A stretch of DNA of 38,612 bases from Planctomycetota bacterium (GCA_038212275.1 JBBQUR010000031.1:1-38612), one strand, 5' to 3'; positions 9,260 to 18,890 are shown, counted from the first letter of the stretch. Made by a program: numbers and translations. The notes: generated by a model from the sequence alone, not told the origin.

Positions 9260-10294
9260 TCAGAAGATGTCGGTGTCGCCCATCGTGAGGAACCAGTGCG
9301 CCTTCGCCCACTCCAGCTCGAGCACGGAGCCGAAGGTCATGATGCACAGGTTGAAGGCGGTGGGCACCGACTGCAAACCGAGCGCGGAGAGCGTCGCGTG
9401 GTGCGAGGTGTTCGGCGTGATCCAGGTCTCCATGCGGCGCGCGCCGGCATCCAGCGCGATCCGGCCGACGCGACCGAGCAGCGCGGCCAGCGCGGCCCGG
9501 TCCGAACCGGGACCGATCCAGTCGACGAGCGGGACGAGCGGCTGCCCCATCCAGCCCATGCGGAACACGACGAGGCCGGTCAGCTGCCCGCCGCGCGAGG
9601 CGAGCAGCGCGCGGTACTGGCAGTCGGGCCGCGGGCGATAACGCCACGTGAGGTAGGGCGCGTCGCGCCACAGGCCGAGCGGCACGTCGGCGAGGTGACG
9701 CTCGAAGAGCGCGGCCGCCGGACCGACGTCGGTGCCCGTGAACTCCTCGACGCGCACGCCGTCGGCGGCGCCCGCGGCCATCAGTCCGTCCAGCCAGCCG
9801 GCGCTGGCGGGCGTGACGTCGTGCACCAACGCGTGCAGCGGCACGAGCACCGGCTTGTAGCCGATGATGCGCGTGCCGATGGGAAAGGCCTGCTCGTTGG
9901 GCAGGCCGTACATGAAGTCGTCGAAGGGCTGCCGCCCCTCGGTGCTGTGGTGGCGGATGAACTCCGTGGCGATGGTCACGAAGAGGCTCTGCTTGCGGAG
10001 GCTGCCGCGCCAGGCGCGATCCACGCAGGAGTCCACGGCCTGTGTGCACATCCGGCGTTCCCCGCGCACCACGGAGGCCGCGGGAATGCTGCTGTAGTTG
10101 GCGATGACGTGGCCGTCGGCATCGAGCCCGACGAAGGTCTGCATGCCCGCCGGATTGTCCAGGTAGATGCCGCGCCAGCTGTCCATGCTGCGCGGCACGA
10201 AGGCCGGGTTGCCTTCCGAGAAGACGCGGTTGAAGAGGGCGAGCAGGCCTTCTTCGTCACCGGGCTCGTAGGGGCGCACATGGAAGCTGCTCAT
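9260..10294 (-). CDS. GNAT-family N-acyltransferase, probably two GNAT folds
   Basis: Starts VRPYEPGDEEGLLALFNRVF; has a DSCVDRAWRG acyl-CoA-binding-like motif, YGLPN and YLTWRY; 344 aa. Confidence 0.75.
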   Translation of the reverse strand: MSSFHVRPYEPGDEEGLLALFNRVFSEGNPAFVPRSMDSWRGIYLDNPAGMQTFVGLDADGHVIANYSSIPAASVVRGERRMCTQAVDSCVDRAWRGSLRKQSLFVTIATEFIRHHSTEGRQPFDDFMYGLPNEQAFPIGTRIIGYKPVLVPLHALVHDVTPASAGWLDGLMAAGAADGVRVEEFTGTDVGPAAALFERHLADVPLGLWRDAPYLTWRYRPRPDCQYRALLASRGGQLTGLVVFRMGWMGQPLVPLVDWIGPGSDRAALAALLGRVGRIALDAGARRMETWITPNTSHHATLSALGLQSVPTAFNLCIMTFGSVLELEWAKAHWFLTMGDTDIF

Positions 10295-10308
10295 GCAGCG
10301 GGATTGTG

Positions 10309-11157
10309 TCAGCCGGCGAGGCGGCTTTCATCTGCGGACTCCCGTCCGGCGCGGCGCAGCGCAGCGAGCGCCCGCGCCTGCAGCTGGCGCACGCGTTCGC
10401 GCGTGATGTTCAGCATGGCCCCCACTTCCACCAGGGTCAGCGCGCGTTCCAGGCCGAGGCCGTAGCGCAGCTTGAGGACGGTACGACTGCGATCATCAAG
10501 CGTCGCCAGCAGCCGGATGATCCGCTCGCGCTCCATCGCGGCGTTCGCGGCCTCCCACGGACTGTCGCCGAGGTCGGGAAGCCCGTCGCCGGGTCGGCCG
10601 CCCTCGTCCTCCACCGGCGCGTCGATGGGCACGTGATGCCGCGCCGCCGTCTCCACTGCCCGGACGACACCCTCCACGAGGCCCGCGTCCAGCTTCACGC
10701 GCGCCGCGACCTCGGCCGACAGCGGCGCGCGCCCCAGGCTGCGCGCCAGTTCCGTCGTCGCCGCGCGCCACGCGGCGGTCCGCGTCAGCATGTGCGCCGG
10801 CAGGCGGATCGGCCGGGAGCGCTGCAGGGCGCGCCGGATGGACTGCTGGATCCACCACACGGCATACGTGGAGAAGCGACAGCCCATTTCGGGATCGAAT
10901 TTCGCGACGGCACGAATCAGGCCGATGTTGCCCTCGGCGATGAGATCCGCGAGGTCGAGGCCGCGCTTGCGGAAGCGGCCGGCCACCATGACCACGAGGC
11001 GCAGATTGGCCGTGATGAGCGCCTGGTGCGCCTCGGGACAGCCGGCCCGTGCGCGCCGGGCAAGGTCGCGCTCCTCCAGCGCGCCCAGCAGCTTGTAGCG
11101 CCCGATGACGGGCAGCCAGGCCTCGACGTCGGGGTGATTCTCGCGCGGGTTGTGCAT
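10309..11157 (-). CDS. RNA polymerase sigma-70 factor, RpoD/RpoS-like group 2 (regions 1.2-4, no 1.1)
   Basis: LITANLRLVV, DLIAEGNIGLIRAV, KFDP..GCRFSTYAVWWI and LTLVEVG...TRERVRQLQ; AGGAG/GAGG RBS before ATG 11157. Confidence 0.92.
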   Translation of the reverse strand: MHNPRENHPDVEAWLPVIGRYKLLGALEERDLARRARAGCPEAHQALITANLRLVVMVAGRFRKRGLDLADLIAEGNIGLIRAVAKFDPEMGCRFSTYAVWWIQQSIRRALQRSRPIRLPAHMLTRTAAWRAATTELARSLGRAPLSAEVAARVKLDAGLVEGVVRAVETAARHHVPIDAPVEDEGGRPGDGLPDLGDSPWEAANAAMERERIIRLLATLDDRSRTVLKLRYGLGLERALTLVEVGAMLNITRERVRQLQARALAALRRAGRESADESRLAG

Positions 11158-11285
11158 CCTCGGCTCCTGGGGCGGCCAGCTCCCGGCGGTCTTGCCGGAG
11201 CCGGCCGGAGAGGAACGCGTCGACGGCCGGCGGACTCCGCAACCCCACCGTCCGCGGCCCCCTCCGGCGAGGCCCCGGGCTCGGC

Positions 11286-11302
11286 TAGACTGGGCGCGGA
11301 GG
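11286..11302 (+). promoter_or_regulatory. Putative -10 hexamer (TAGACT) and GGAGG RBS of the ECF sigma gene
   Basis: TAGACT at 11286-11291, GGAGG at 11298-11302, ATG at 11312. Confidence 0.5.
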
Positions 11303-11311
11303 ACCGCGGCC

Positions 11312-11890
11312 ATGACTGCTCATTCCGCCGACGACGCCACGCAGCTTCTGGCAGGCGCAGAATCTGGACGGCGCGAGGAAGCCGACCGGCTCATGCTGCT
11401 CATCTACGACGAGCTGCACTCGCTGGCGCATCGCCGCATGGGACGCGAGAACGTCGGGCACACGCTGGAAACCACGGCGCTCGTGCACGAGGTCTACATG
11501 CGCCTCATCGACCAAACGCGCGTGGACTGGCAGGGCCGCACGCATTTCTTCGCGATCGCAGCGCAGGCGCTGCGCCGCGCGCTCGTGGACCATGCGCGTT
11601 CGCGCGGTCGCGACAAGCGTGGCGGCGGTCTGGTGCGCCTGGAATTGCGCGAGGACATCGCGCTCTCGCCCGGCCGCTCGGAGGATGTGCTCGCCGTCGA
11701 TGAGGCGTTGAAGACCCTCGAGGCGCTGGACAGCCGTCAGGCGCGCGTGGTCGAGCTGCGCTTCTTCGCGCAGATGAACATGGACGAGGTCGCGCTCGCC
11801 CTCGGCGTCTCGAAGCGCACGGTCGAATCGGACTGGACCGCGGCCAAGGCCTGGTTGCGCAGGGAACTGGCCAACACCACCGACGCCTGA
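11312..11890 (+). CDS. ECF sigma factor, TIGR02999/ECF43-like (kinase-associated)
   Basis: IYDELHSLA, HTLETTALVHEVY, HFFAIAAQALRRALVDHAR, VELRFF and TVESDW..AKAWL motifs. Confidence 0.93.
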   Translation: MTAHSADDATQLLAGAESGRREEADRLMLLIYDELHSLAHRRMGRENVGHTLETTALVHEVYMRLIDQTRVDWQGRTHFFAIAAQALRRALVDHARSRGRDKRGGGLVRLELREDIALSPGRSEDVLAVDEALKTLEALDSRQARVVELRFFAQMNMDEVALALGVSKRTVESDWTAAKAWLRRELANTTDA

Positions 11891-12082
11891 CGTCGGTCGC
11901 GAGCGCGCCCCCGGGGCGGGTCACGCGCCTCTCGCCGCCCGGTCAGTGAGCCCTGCGCCGGGACGGCTCGGGATCCCGAGGGAGGAACGGGAAAAGAAGG
12001 ACCCGCGACGACGCCCCGACGCAGGAGCTCGGAAGGCAACGCGCCGTGCGGGCCGGCACTCCGCAGCGGTAGCATGGCCGCC

Positions 12083-14524
12083 ATGTCCGCAGCGGAGTCG
12101 ACGGGTCACGACGGCAGGGACACCCGCACGCGCACCGTGGACGCGGCCCTGCACGCGCGGGCCAAGGCCCTGTTCAGCGAGGCCGTGGAGCTGGACCGCG
12201 GGGCGCGCGACGCGCTCCTCGCGCGCGTCGGCGGCAGCGACCCCGCCCTGCGGACCGAGGTCGAGTCTCTGCTGGAACACCACGTGCCGGCCACGCTCAT
12301 GGTGAGTCGCGACGAGCTGCCCGCTCCGGCTGCTTCGCGGCCGCCCGCGGCAGCCGACGGCCCGCTGCCGGTGCTGCACAAACGCGCCCGGACGATCGTG
12401 CCGATGAGGCGCCGTGTGCGCCTCGCGGCCCTGCTGCTGCTCGTGGCGCTGCCGCTCGCCGTCGTGCTCTGGGTGGCGCACGACGTGCAGGTGTCGCTCA
12501 CCGAGCAACTGGCCAGCCAGCTCGTCGCGCGGCGCGACGGCAGCGTGCGCGCGCTCACCGTGTGGATGTCCGGCGAGGAGTCGCTCGTGCGCGAGTGGGC
12601 CGAGGATCCGCGCGTGACGGCACTGTCGGAGTCGCTTGCCGGCATCGCGCAGCAGGCCGTCACGCAGCAGGCCGTCACGCAGCAAGCCGTCACGCAGCAG
12701 GGCGAGGACGCGCAGGCGGCGCTCGGCGCCGCGCCGGAGGGCGCCGCCCTGCGCGAGCTGCTCGCCCCCGTCGCGCGCCGCGGTGGCCATCGCGCCTTCG
12801 CCCTGCTCGACCCGGACGGCATGCTGCTCGCCCGCAGCCCCGTCGAGCAGGGAGTGTCCACGCTCACGGTCGGCATGAAGGTAAGGGAGGGTGCGCGCAA
12901 CGAGCTGGCGCGCCTGTTCGACGGCCGCACGTGGATGCGGCAGCCTTTCCGGCTTGGCGCATTTCACGATGCGTACACGGGCCCGGATCGCGAGGCCATC
13001 ATGGCGTCGATCGCGCCGGTGACGGCCGGCGACGGAACGGTGGTCGCCGCGCTCGCCTTCCTGCTGGAGGCCAATGCAGACTTCGGAAGTCTGCTGGCCA
13101 GCGCTCAGGTCGGCCGCACCGGCGAGACCTATGTTTTCGACCGCGAAGGAAACCTGCTCTCGGAGAGTCGCTTCACCGACCAGCTTGCCGCGGCGGGCCT
13201 GCTTCCGGATGCGTCGGGCGCCACGCCGTCGCTGCACCTTCCGCTGCGCGATCCGGGCGCCGACCTCACGGCCGGCGGCCGCGCCGTCGGGCCGCGCGAG
13301 AGCTGGCCGCTGACGGTCATGGCCGCATCCGCCGTCGCCGGCCACGACGGCGTGAACGTCGATGGCTACCGCGACTATCGCGGCGTGAAGGTCGTCGGCG
13401 CCTGGGCCTGGCTGGAGGAGGCCGGCTTCGGCGTCGCCACGGAAGAGGACTACGCCGTGGCGTACGCGGCGCTGGACAGCGCCCGCGTGGCGCCGCTCGT
13501 GCTGGCCGGTCTCTTTGCGCTGACCTTCGTCGCCCTGGCGCTCGCGCTGCGCCTCGTGCTGCGGCTGCAACGGGACGTGACGGCCGCGCGCGAGCTCGGC
13601 CAGTACACGCTCGTGGAGCTGCTCGGCGAGGGCGGCACCGGACAGGTCTGGCGCGCGCGTCACGCGCTGCTGGCGCGCCCGGCGGCCGTGAAGGTCCTGC
13701 GCCCCGACGCGCTTGGCCGCCACGCACTGGAGCGCTTCGAGCTGGAAATGCAGGTCACCGCGCGCCTCGACCACCCCAACACCGTGGAGATCTACGACTC
13801 GGGCCGCACCGAGGACGGGCAGTTCTACTACGCGATGGAGTGCCTCGACGGGCTGTCGCTGCAGCGCTTCGCGAGGGCGCACGGCGCGCAGAGCCCGGCG
13901 CGCGTCGTGCATCTGCTGCGCCAGGTCTGCGCGTCGCTGGCCGAGGCGCATGCGGCCGGACTCGTGCATCGCGACGTCAAGCCCGGGAACATCATGCTGT
14001 GCCGCCGCGCCGGCGAACTCGACGTGATCAAGGTGCTCGACTTCGGGCTCGTGAAGGATCTCGCCGCGCCGGCGGCGGAAGCCACCGCGATGAACGGCCT
14101 GGCCGGCACGCCGGGCTACATGTCCCCCGAGCGGCTGAAGCCTGGCGCCGAGGTGAATGCGCGCTGCGACGTGTGGGCCGTGGGCGCGGTGGCCTTCCGC
14201 CTGCTCACGGGACGCGACCTGTGGAGCGGCAGCCTCGCGGAGATTCTCGCGCAGATCGTGACGCAGGAGCCGCCGCGCGTGTCCGCGTTCGCGCCGGGCC
14301 CGCTGCCCGCGGGCCTCGACGAGCTGGTGGCCGACTGCCTGCAACGGGACCCCGCGCTGCGCCCGGCCGACGCCGTGGTCCTCGGCGCGCGCCTCGCTGC
14401 ACTGGACATCGCGTCCTGGACGCAGGACGACGCGCGCGCGTGGTGGGCACAGCACGATCCCTCGACGCGCGGGGCGACACCGCGCGGCGGCACGGCGCGC
14501 GGCGGTACGGCGCGCGGCGGCTGA
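12083..14524 (+). CDS. Membrane Ser/Thr (Hanks) kinase with N-terminal helical segment, TM, extracytoplasmic Cache-like sensor, TM and C-terminal kinase domain
   Basis: LGEGGTGQV, AVKVL, HRDVKPGN, DFG and GTPGYMSPE are intact; GRTGETY...LSESRF and YRDYRG..VVGAW are dCache-like; two hydrophobic helices; alternative start at 12074. Confidence 0.9.
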   Translation: MSAAESTGHDGRDTRTRTVDAALHARAKALFSEAVELDRGARDALLARVGGSDPALRTEVESLLEHHVPATLMVSRDELPAPAASRPPAAADGPLPVLHKRARTIVPMRRRVRLAALLLLVALPLAVVLWVAHDVQVSLTEQLASQLVARRDGSVRALTVWMSGEESLVREWAEDPRVTALSESLAGIAQQAVTQQAVTQQAVTQQGEDAQAALGAAPEGAALRELLAPVARRGGHRAFALLDPDGMLLARSPVEQGVSTLTVGMKVREGARNELARLFDGRTWMRQPFRLGAFHDAYTGPDREAIMASIAPVTAGDGTVVAALAFLLEANADFGSLLASAQVGRTGETYVFDREGNLLSESRFTDQLAAAGLLPDASGATPSLHLPLRDPGADLTAGGRAVGPRESWPLTVMAASAVAGHDGVNVDGYRDYRGVKVVGAWAWLEEAGFGVATEEDYAVAYAALDSARVAPLVLAGLFALTFVALALALRLVLRLQRDVTAARELGQYTLVELLGEGGTGQVWRARHALLARPAAVKVLRPDALGRHALERFELEMQVTARLDHPNTVEIYDSGRTEDGQFYYAMECLDGLSLQRFARAHGAQSPARVVHLLRQVCASLAEAHAAGLVHRDVKPGNIMLCRRAGELDVIKVLDFGLVKDLAAPAAEATAMNGLAGTPGYMSPERLKPGAEVNARCDVWAVGAVAFRLLTGRDLWSGSLAEILAQIVTQEPPRVSAFAPGPLPAGLDELVADCLQRDPALRPADAVVLGARLAALDIASWTQDDARAWWAQHDPSTRGATPRGGTARGGTARGG
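12650..12700. repeat. 15-bp tandem repeat x3.4 (QQAVT units)
   Basis: cagcaggccgtcacg repeated in frame within the sensor domain. Confidence 0.9.
14466..14521. repeat. 15-bp tandem repeat, about 4 copies (RGGTA-like units) at the kinase C-terminus
   Basis: cgcgcggcggcacgg-like units ending at the stop codon. Confidence 0.8.
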
Positions 14525-14579
14525 CGTCGTTCGGCGTGCGCGCAGCCGCAGGCGCGCAGGCGCTCACTCCGCGTTCAGC

Positions 14580-15545
14580 TCACGCTTTCCACACGGAGCG
14601 CACGGCGGCCCACACGGCGGATCGTGCCTCCGGCGGCGCCCCGTTGCGACGCAGCGTGCGCACCTCCTCCATGCCGCGCACGGTGGACATGACACGCGCG
14701 ATGATCGTCCCGCGCCAGCCGAAAGCCTTGCGATAGTAGGCGAGCCGGTTCCTGTGCCACAGCGCACCCATCGACGGGAACTGCGACGTGCTCCGGCCCT
14801 CGTGATGCAGGATGGTCACCTCGGCGACGTAGGCGACGGAGTGGCCCGCGGCACGCAGGCGCCGGCACAGGTCCACGTCGTTGAAGAACAGCCACAGTTC
14901 GGGATCGAAGCCGTGAAGCTGCTCCCACAGCGCGCGCCGGATGAGGAAGGCGGCGCCCGGAGGCTGGTCCACGTCGCGCGACGAGAGGTGGTCGAAGTCC
15001 GCCATGAAGTAGCGCGGGATGACGCGGTTGGACGGGAAGCGGCGGTCCATGAACGTGTCGAAGTACACCGCCGTGCCCAGCGTGGGGAAGGTCTTGCACG
15101 ACAGCTGCGGCGTGCCGTCCGGGTTCACGAGGCGCGGCGCGCAGGCCCCGTGACGCGGATGGCCGTCCAGGAAGGCGAGCAGCGCGGGCAGCGTGCCGGG
15201 GCGCACTTCGGTGTCCGAGTTGAGCAGCAGCAGGTACTCGCCGCGGGCGAGCGCCGCGCCGAGGTTGTTGCCGATCGCGTAGCCGTCGTTGGTCGGGTTG
15301 CGCAGCAGCAGCGCCTCGGGGAAACGCTCTGCCACCATGTCGGCGCTGCCGTCGGCGCTGTCGTTGTCCACGACGATGAGCTGCACGGCGAGCTCGTGCG
15401 CCACGGCGCGCAGCGACGACAGGCATGCGGCGAGGAGCTCGCGCGTGTTCCAGCTCAACACGACGACGGAGAGTCGCGGCGTCGCAGCGGGCGTGTCCGC
15501 GGCGGCGGCGGCGCGGAGTCCGCCCCCCGCCGGGCCGTCGGTCAT
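14580..15545 (-). CDS. Glycosyltransferase family 2
   Basis: LSVVVLSWNT, VVDNDSADGS, GYAIGNN, LLNSD and LFFNDVDLC motifs; ATGA overlap. Confidence 0.9.
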   Translation of the reverse strand: MTDGPAGGGLRAAAAADTPAATPRLSVVVLSWNTRELLAACLSSLRAVAHELAVQLIVVDNDSADGSADMVAERFPEALLLRNPTNDGYAIGNNLGAALARGEYLLLLNSDTEVRPGTLPALLAFLDGHPRHGACAPRLVNPDGTPQLSCKTFPTLGTAVYFDTFMDRRFPSNRVIPRYFMADFDHLSSRDVDQPPGAAFLIRRALWEQLHGFDPELWLFFNDVDLCRRLRAAGHSVAYVAEVTILHHEGRSTSQFPSMGALWHRNRLAYYRKAFGWRGTIIARVMSTVRGMEEVRTLRRNGAPPEARSAVWAAVRSVWKA

Positions 15546-16723
15546 GCGCCGTGCGCTCCGGCGGCGGCCAGCTCCGCGGTGATCGGCACCGAGGCGCCGG
15601 TCTTCGTCAGCGACACGGTGCGCAGGATCTCGCCGCCCGCGCGCGACAGGAAGCGCACGTAGTACGTGGCCGGCACGAGGCCGTCCCACACCGCGTCGGG
15701 GATGGCGAACTGGCGCGAGACGTCCAGCCGTCCGGCCGCGAACATGAAGCCGGGGTCGGCGGAGACCTCGGCAAGGTAGGCACCGTGACCCGGCACCGTG
15801 ATCTCCGGGACGCGCGCGCACACGCCGAGGTCCTCGATGTGCGTGAAGTGGTGCCCCTCGCCGTGGCCGGAGGACAGCGCGCCGAGCGCGCCGTACATGA
15901 GCCGCCCGGGCAGGCCGTAGCGCTTGCCGTAGAAGCGGCGACGCGACACGGCGTAGCGCGACAGCGAGGCCTCCTGAGCCTGGCCCGCGCTGCGGTTGAA
16001 GAAGTGCACCATCTGCGCGCGCGGCACCAGGTCGGTGGTGAAGCCGCGCTTGTGCAGCTGGTGGCAGAGGTCCGCGTCCTCGTAATAGAAGGGGAACTGC
16101 GGGTCGAAGGGCCCCAGCTCGCGCGCAAGCGCCGTCGGCATGAGGAAGCAGAAGCCGCTGATCTGCGAGAGCGACACGGGGCCGGTGGCGGTCCAGGCCG
16201 CCAGCGCGCGGCGCGAGCGGCCGTCGGCGTGCATGCGTCCTGCCGTCGTGCAGCCGCGCGCCAGGGTTTCCGAGAACAGCCCGCAGAGAGTCGGCAGGTC
16301 CACCGGAGGGAGCTGGAAGAAGCGCTCCGCGTCGAGGTAGCCCTTGGGACCGGCGAGGCCGCAGCCCTCCGTGCCGCGCAGGTGCTCCACGAGCGCCGCC
16401 AGCGCGCCGCGGAAGGCCATGACGTCGGGATTGCTGACCAGCACGAACTCGCCCTGCGCGCGCTCGCATGCCAGGTTCATGCCCACGGCGTAGCCGCTGT
16501 TCTGCGCCGAGCGCACCAGCGTGACGCCCGGGAGCTTCTCCAGCGCGGCGAGGTGCGGCTCCTCGGCAGGTCCCGACGCGTTGTCGGTGACGATGAACTC
16601 CACCGTCCCGGCGCCGCCGTCGGCGGCGGCGAAGCGCTGCCGGCGCAGGTTCTCGATGAGCGCGCGGGTCATGGCGCCGCTGCGCCAGTTGACGATCAGT
16701 ACGGAGACGTCGGGTCGGGTCAT
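15542..16723 (-). CDS. Glycosyltransferase family 2 with C-terminal extension
   Basis: VSVLIVNW, TDNAS, NSGYAVGMN, NPD and FPFYYEDADLC motifs. Confidence 0.9.
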   Translation of the reverse strand: MTRPDVSVLIVNWRSGAMTRALIENLRRQRFAAADGGAGTVEFIVTDNASGPAEEPHLAALEKLPGVTLVRSAQNSGYAVGMNLACERAQGEFVLVSNPDVMAFRGALAALVEHLRGTEGCGLAGPKGYLDAERFFQLPPVDLPTLCGLFSETLARGCTTAGRMHADGRSRRALAAWTATGPVSLSQISGFCFLMPTALARELGPFDPQFPFYYEDADLCHQLHKRGFTTDLVPRAQMVHFFNRSAGQAQEASLSRYAVSRRRFYGKRYGLPGRLMYGALGALSSGHGEGHHFTHIEDLGVCARVPEITVPGHGAYLAEVSADPGFMFAAGRLDVSRQFAIPDAVWDGLVPATYYVRFLSRAGGEILRTVSLTKTGASVPITAELAAAGAHGA

Positions 16724-17940
16724 GCCGGTCCTTGAATCGGGACGGTCTCGAAACGGTGGTGCAGCCGCACCATGCCGGGGTGATTCTGCTTCAGCGCCAC
16801 GAGCAGGTTCTTGAGGGTCTGCTTGTGATCGTACATGTGCACGCCGTGCTCGTCGAAGAGGTATCCGACGACGCTGTACTCGCCCTCGGAGAGGCGCAGG
16901 TCCGGCAGCGAGAGCCGGCAGCGGTAATGACCCGGCTCGCTCACCGAGGGGACGCCCTCGAGCATGCTGTTGAAGGTGGCCGCGAGCACGTTGTCCGTGC
17001 GGAAGATCGCCGCTCCGACGTTGACCGGCTGCCGGTGCGAGCGCACCTGGAAGTCGATTTCGAAGCGCAGGTCGGCCCCGGTGCGCACCACGTCGGGAAG
17101 GGGCTGGCCCTCGGCGCCGTCCTCGAGCAGCAGGCGCACGGCCTCGATGTGCGGCAGATCCTGGCCCTCCGCCTTGAGGTGCCCGGCCGTGAGGAGCTCC
17201 GGATTGTGGTCGAGGCTGCGCTCGTAGTTGGCGTAGGCCAGCGTGACGTCCTGCGGCAGCCCCTGCATCTCGATCCGGCCGCCCTTGATCCAGATCACGT
17301 CGTCGCAGATCTGGCGCACGTCATAGAGCGAGTGGCTGCAGAACAGGATGGATTTGCCGCGCTTGCGGAAATCGAAGATGCGGTCGATGCACTTCTTCTG
17401 GAAGTACAGGTCGCCCACCGCGAGGATCTCGTCGATGATGAGCACGTCGGGGTCGATGGCCGTGGCCACGGCGAATCCCAGGCGCATGATCATGCCCGAG
17501 CTGTAGGTGCGCACCGGCTGGTCGATGTACTTGCCGAGCTCGGCGAAATCGATGATGCCGTCCACCTTGGACTCGATGTCGCGTCGCGAGAAGCCGGAGA
17601 CCTGCCCGGCCAGGAAGATGTTCGCGCGGCCCGTGAATTCCGCGTGAAAACCCGTGCCCAGCTCGAGCAGGCTGGAGACCGAGCCGTGGATCGTGAAGCT
17701 CCCCGACGTGGCCTGCGTCGTGCCGGCCACGATCTTGAGCAGCGTGGACTTTCCGGCGCCGTTCTCGCCGATGATGCCCAGCGCGCGGCCGCTCGGCACG
17801 GTGAAGCTCACGTCGTGCAGCGCGCTGTGCGTCGTGTGGAAGCGCTTGCGCCCGAGCGTGAGCGCTTCCTTGAGGCGCGCGATGGAGCCCGAGTAGAGCC
17901 GATACTCCTTGCCGACGTTGTTGACAGTGACTGCGTCCAC
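16720..17940 (-). CDS. wzt: Polysaccharide ABC exporter ATP-binding subunit with C-terminal carbohydrate-binding (Wzt_C-like) domain
   Basis: GENGAGKST, YSSGM, IIDEILAVGD..FQKKC and SH switch; GAGGT RBS before GTG 17940. Confidence 0.92.
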   Translation of the reverse strand: MDAVTVNNVGKEYRLYSGSIARLKEALTLGRKRFHTTHSALHDVSFTVPSGRALGIIGENGAGKSTLLKIVAGTTQATSGSFTIHGSVSSLLELGTGFHAEFTGRANIFLAGQVSGFSRRDIESKVDGIIDFAELGKYIDQPVRTYSSGMIMRLGFAVATAIDPDVLIIDEILAVGDLYFQKKCIDRIFDFRKRGKSILFCSHSLYDVRQICDDVIWIKGGRIEMQGLPQDVTLAYANYERSLDHNPELLTAGHLKAEGQDLPHIEAVRLLLEDGAEGQPLPDVVRTGADLRFEIDFQVRSHRQPVNVGAAIFRTDNVLAATFNSMLEGVPSVSEPGHYRCRLSLPDLRLSEGEYSVVGYLFDEHGVHMYDHKQTLKNLLVALKQNHPGMVRLHHRFETVPIQGPA

Positions 17941-17941
17941 G

Positions 17942-18823
17942 TCAGACCTCGTCCGCAAAGCGGCCCTTGCTGCGGAGGAAGTAGGCGTATCCGCCCCACA
18001 GCACGAGCGCGGACACGAGCGTCAGCTTCAGAAAGCCGACCACCGGAAAGGGCACGGCGCCGAAGCTGAACATCGAGCGATAGAGCCCGAGCAGGATGGC
18101 CATCGGGTTGTAGTGCATGGCCGTGCCCGCGAATGAGGCCCAGTCGAACTCGCCGGGTGCGCCGGAGAGCGCGCCGGCCTGCATGATCGCGTTGAGGTCG
18201 TAGAAGACCGGCGTCGTGAACATCCAGAAGGTCAGCAGCATCGGCACGGCCTGCATGATGTCGCGCACGAAGACGTTGGCGGCCGAGAGCAGCATCGCCA
18301 GGCCCGTGATGAACATCATCTGCACGAGCAGCACCGCGGGAAACCAGATCAGCGCCATCGGCAGGCCGCCGTTCACGGCCAGCTCCAGCACCAGCAGGAT
18401 CACGAAGCCCACCAGGAAGTAGACGTGGTAGACGATGACCTGGTAGATCGGCAGCAGTTCGCTGGGAAAGGCGATCTTCTTGATGAGGTTGGCGTTCTCG
18501 AGCACGACGCCTGTGCCGCGCGCCAGGCTCTCGGCCAGCGCGCTCCACGGCAGGATGCCGCAGATCAGGAAGAAGGTGGTGCGCCAGCCGGTGCCCGCGT
18601 CGCCGAAGGGCGGCATGGTGTCCGCGAAGCGCTGCTTCATGAGCTTGCTGAAGATCACGAAGTAGATGGCGAACAGGATCGCCGGCTGCACGATCGGCCA
18701 GATCCGCCCGAGAATCGAACCCTCGATGCGGGCCTTGAGGTCGCGCCGCACGAAGGCGGAGAGCAACTCGCGGTAGCGCAGCACCACGAACGGGAGGCGC
18801 AGGGCGTCGGTGAGCGGTTTCAT
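17942..18823 (-). CDS. wzm: Polysaccharide ABC exporter permease
   Basis: YRELL...RDLKAR..GSILG.IW, NANLIKKIAFP, TPVFY, NPM and RFADEV motifs; multiple TM helices. Confidence 0.92.
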   Translation of the reverse strand: MKPLTDALRLPFVVLRYRELLSAFVRRDLKARIEGSILGRIWPIVQPAILFAIYFVIFSKLMKQRFADTMPPFGDAGTGWRTTFFLICGILPWSALAESLARGTGVVLENANLIKKIAFPSELLPIYQVIVYHVYFLVGFVILLVLELAVNGGLPMALIWFPAVLLVQMMFITGLAMLLSAANVFVRDIMQAVPMLLTFWMFTTPVFYDLNAIMQAGALSGAPGEFDWASFAGTAMHYNPMAILLGLYRSMFSFGAVPFPVVGFLKLTLVSALVLWGGYAYFLRSKGRFADEV

Positions 18824-18890
18824 GGGGACGGTAGCGCGTGGTTCTGCGGTGTCGGGTTGGGCGGACCGGTCGTGGCGCGTGGCGGACGCA

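Noticed and set aside
6348..10294. Mycothiol or bacillithiol biosynthesis operon
   Set aside because: No cysteine ligase (MshC/BshC) is present and the context is GT2 plus wzm/wzt surface glycan genes
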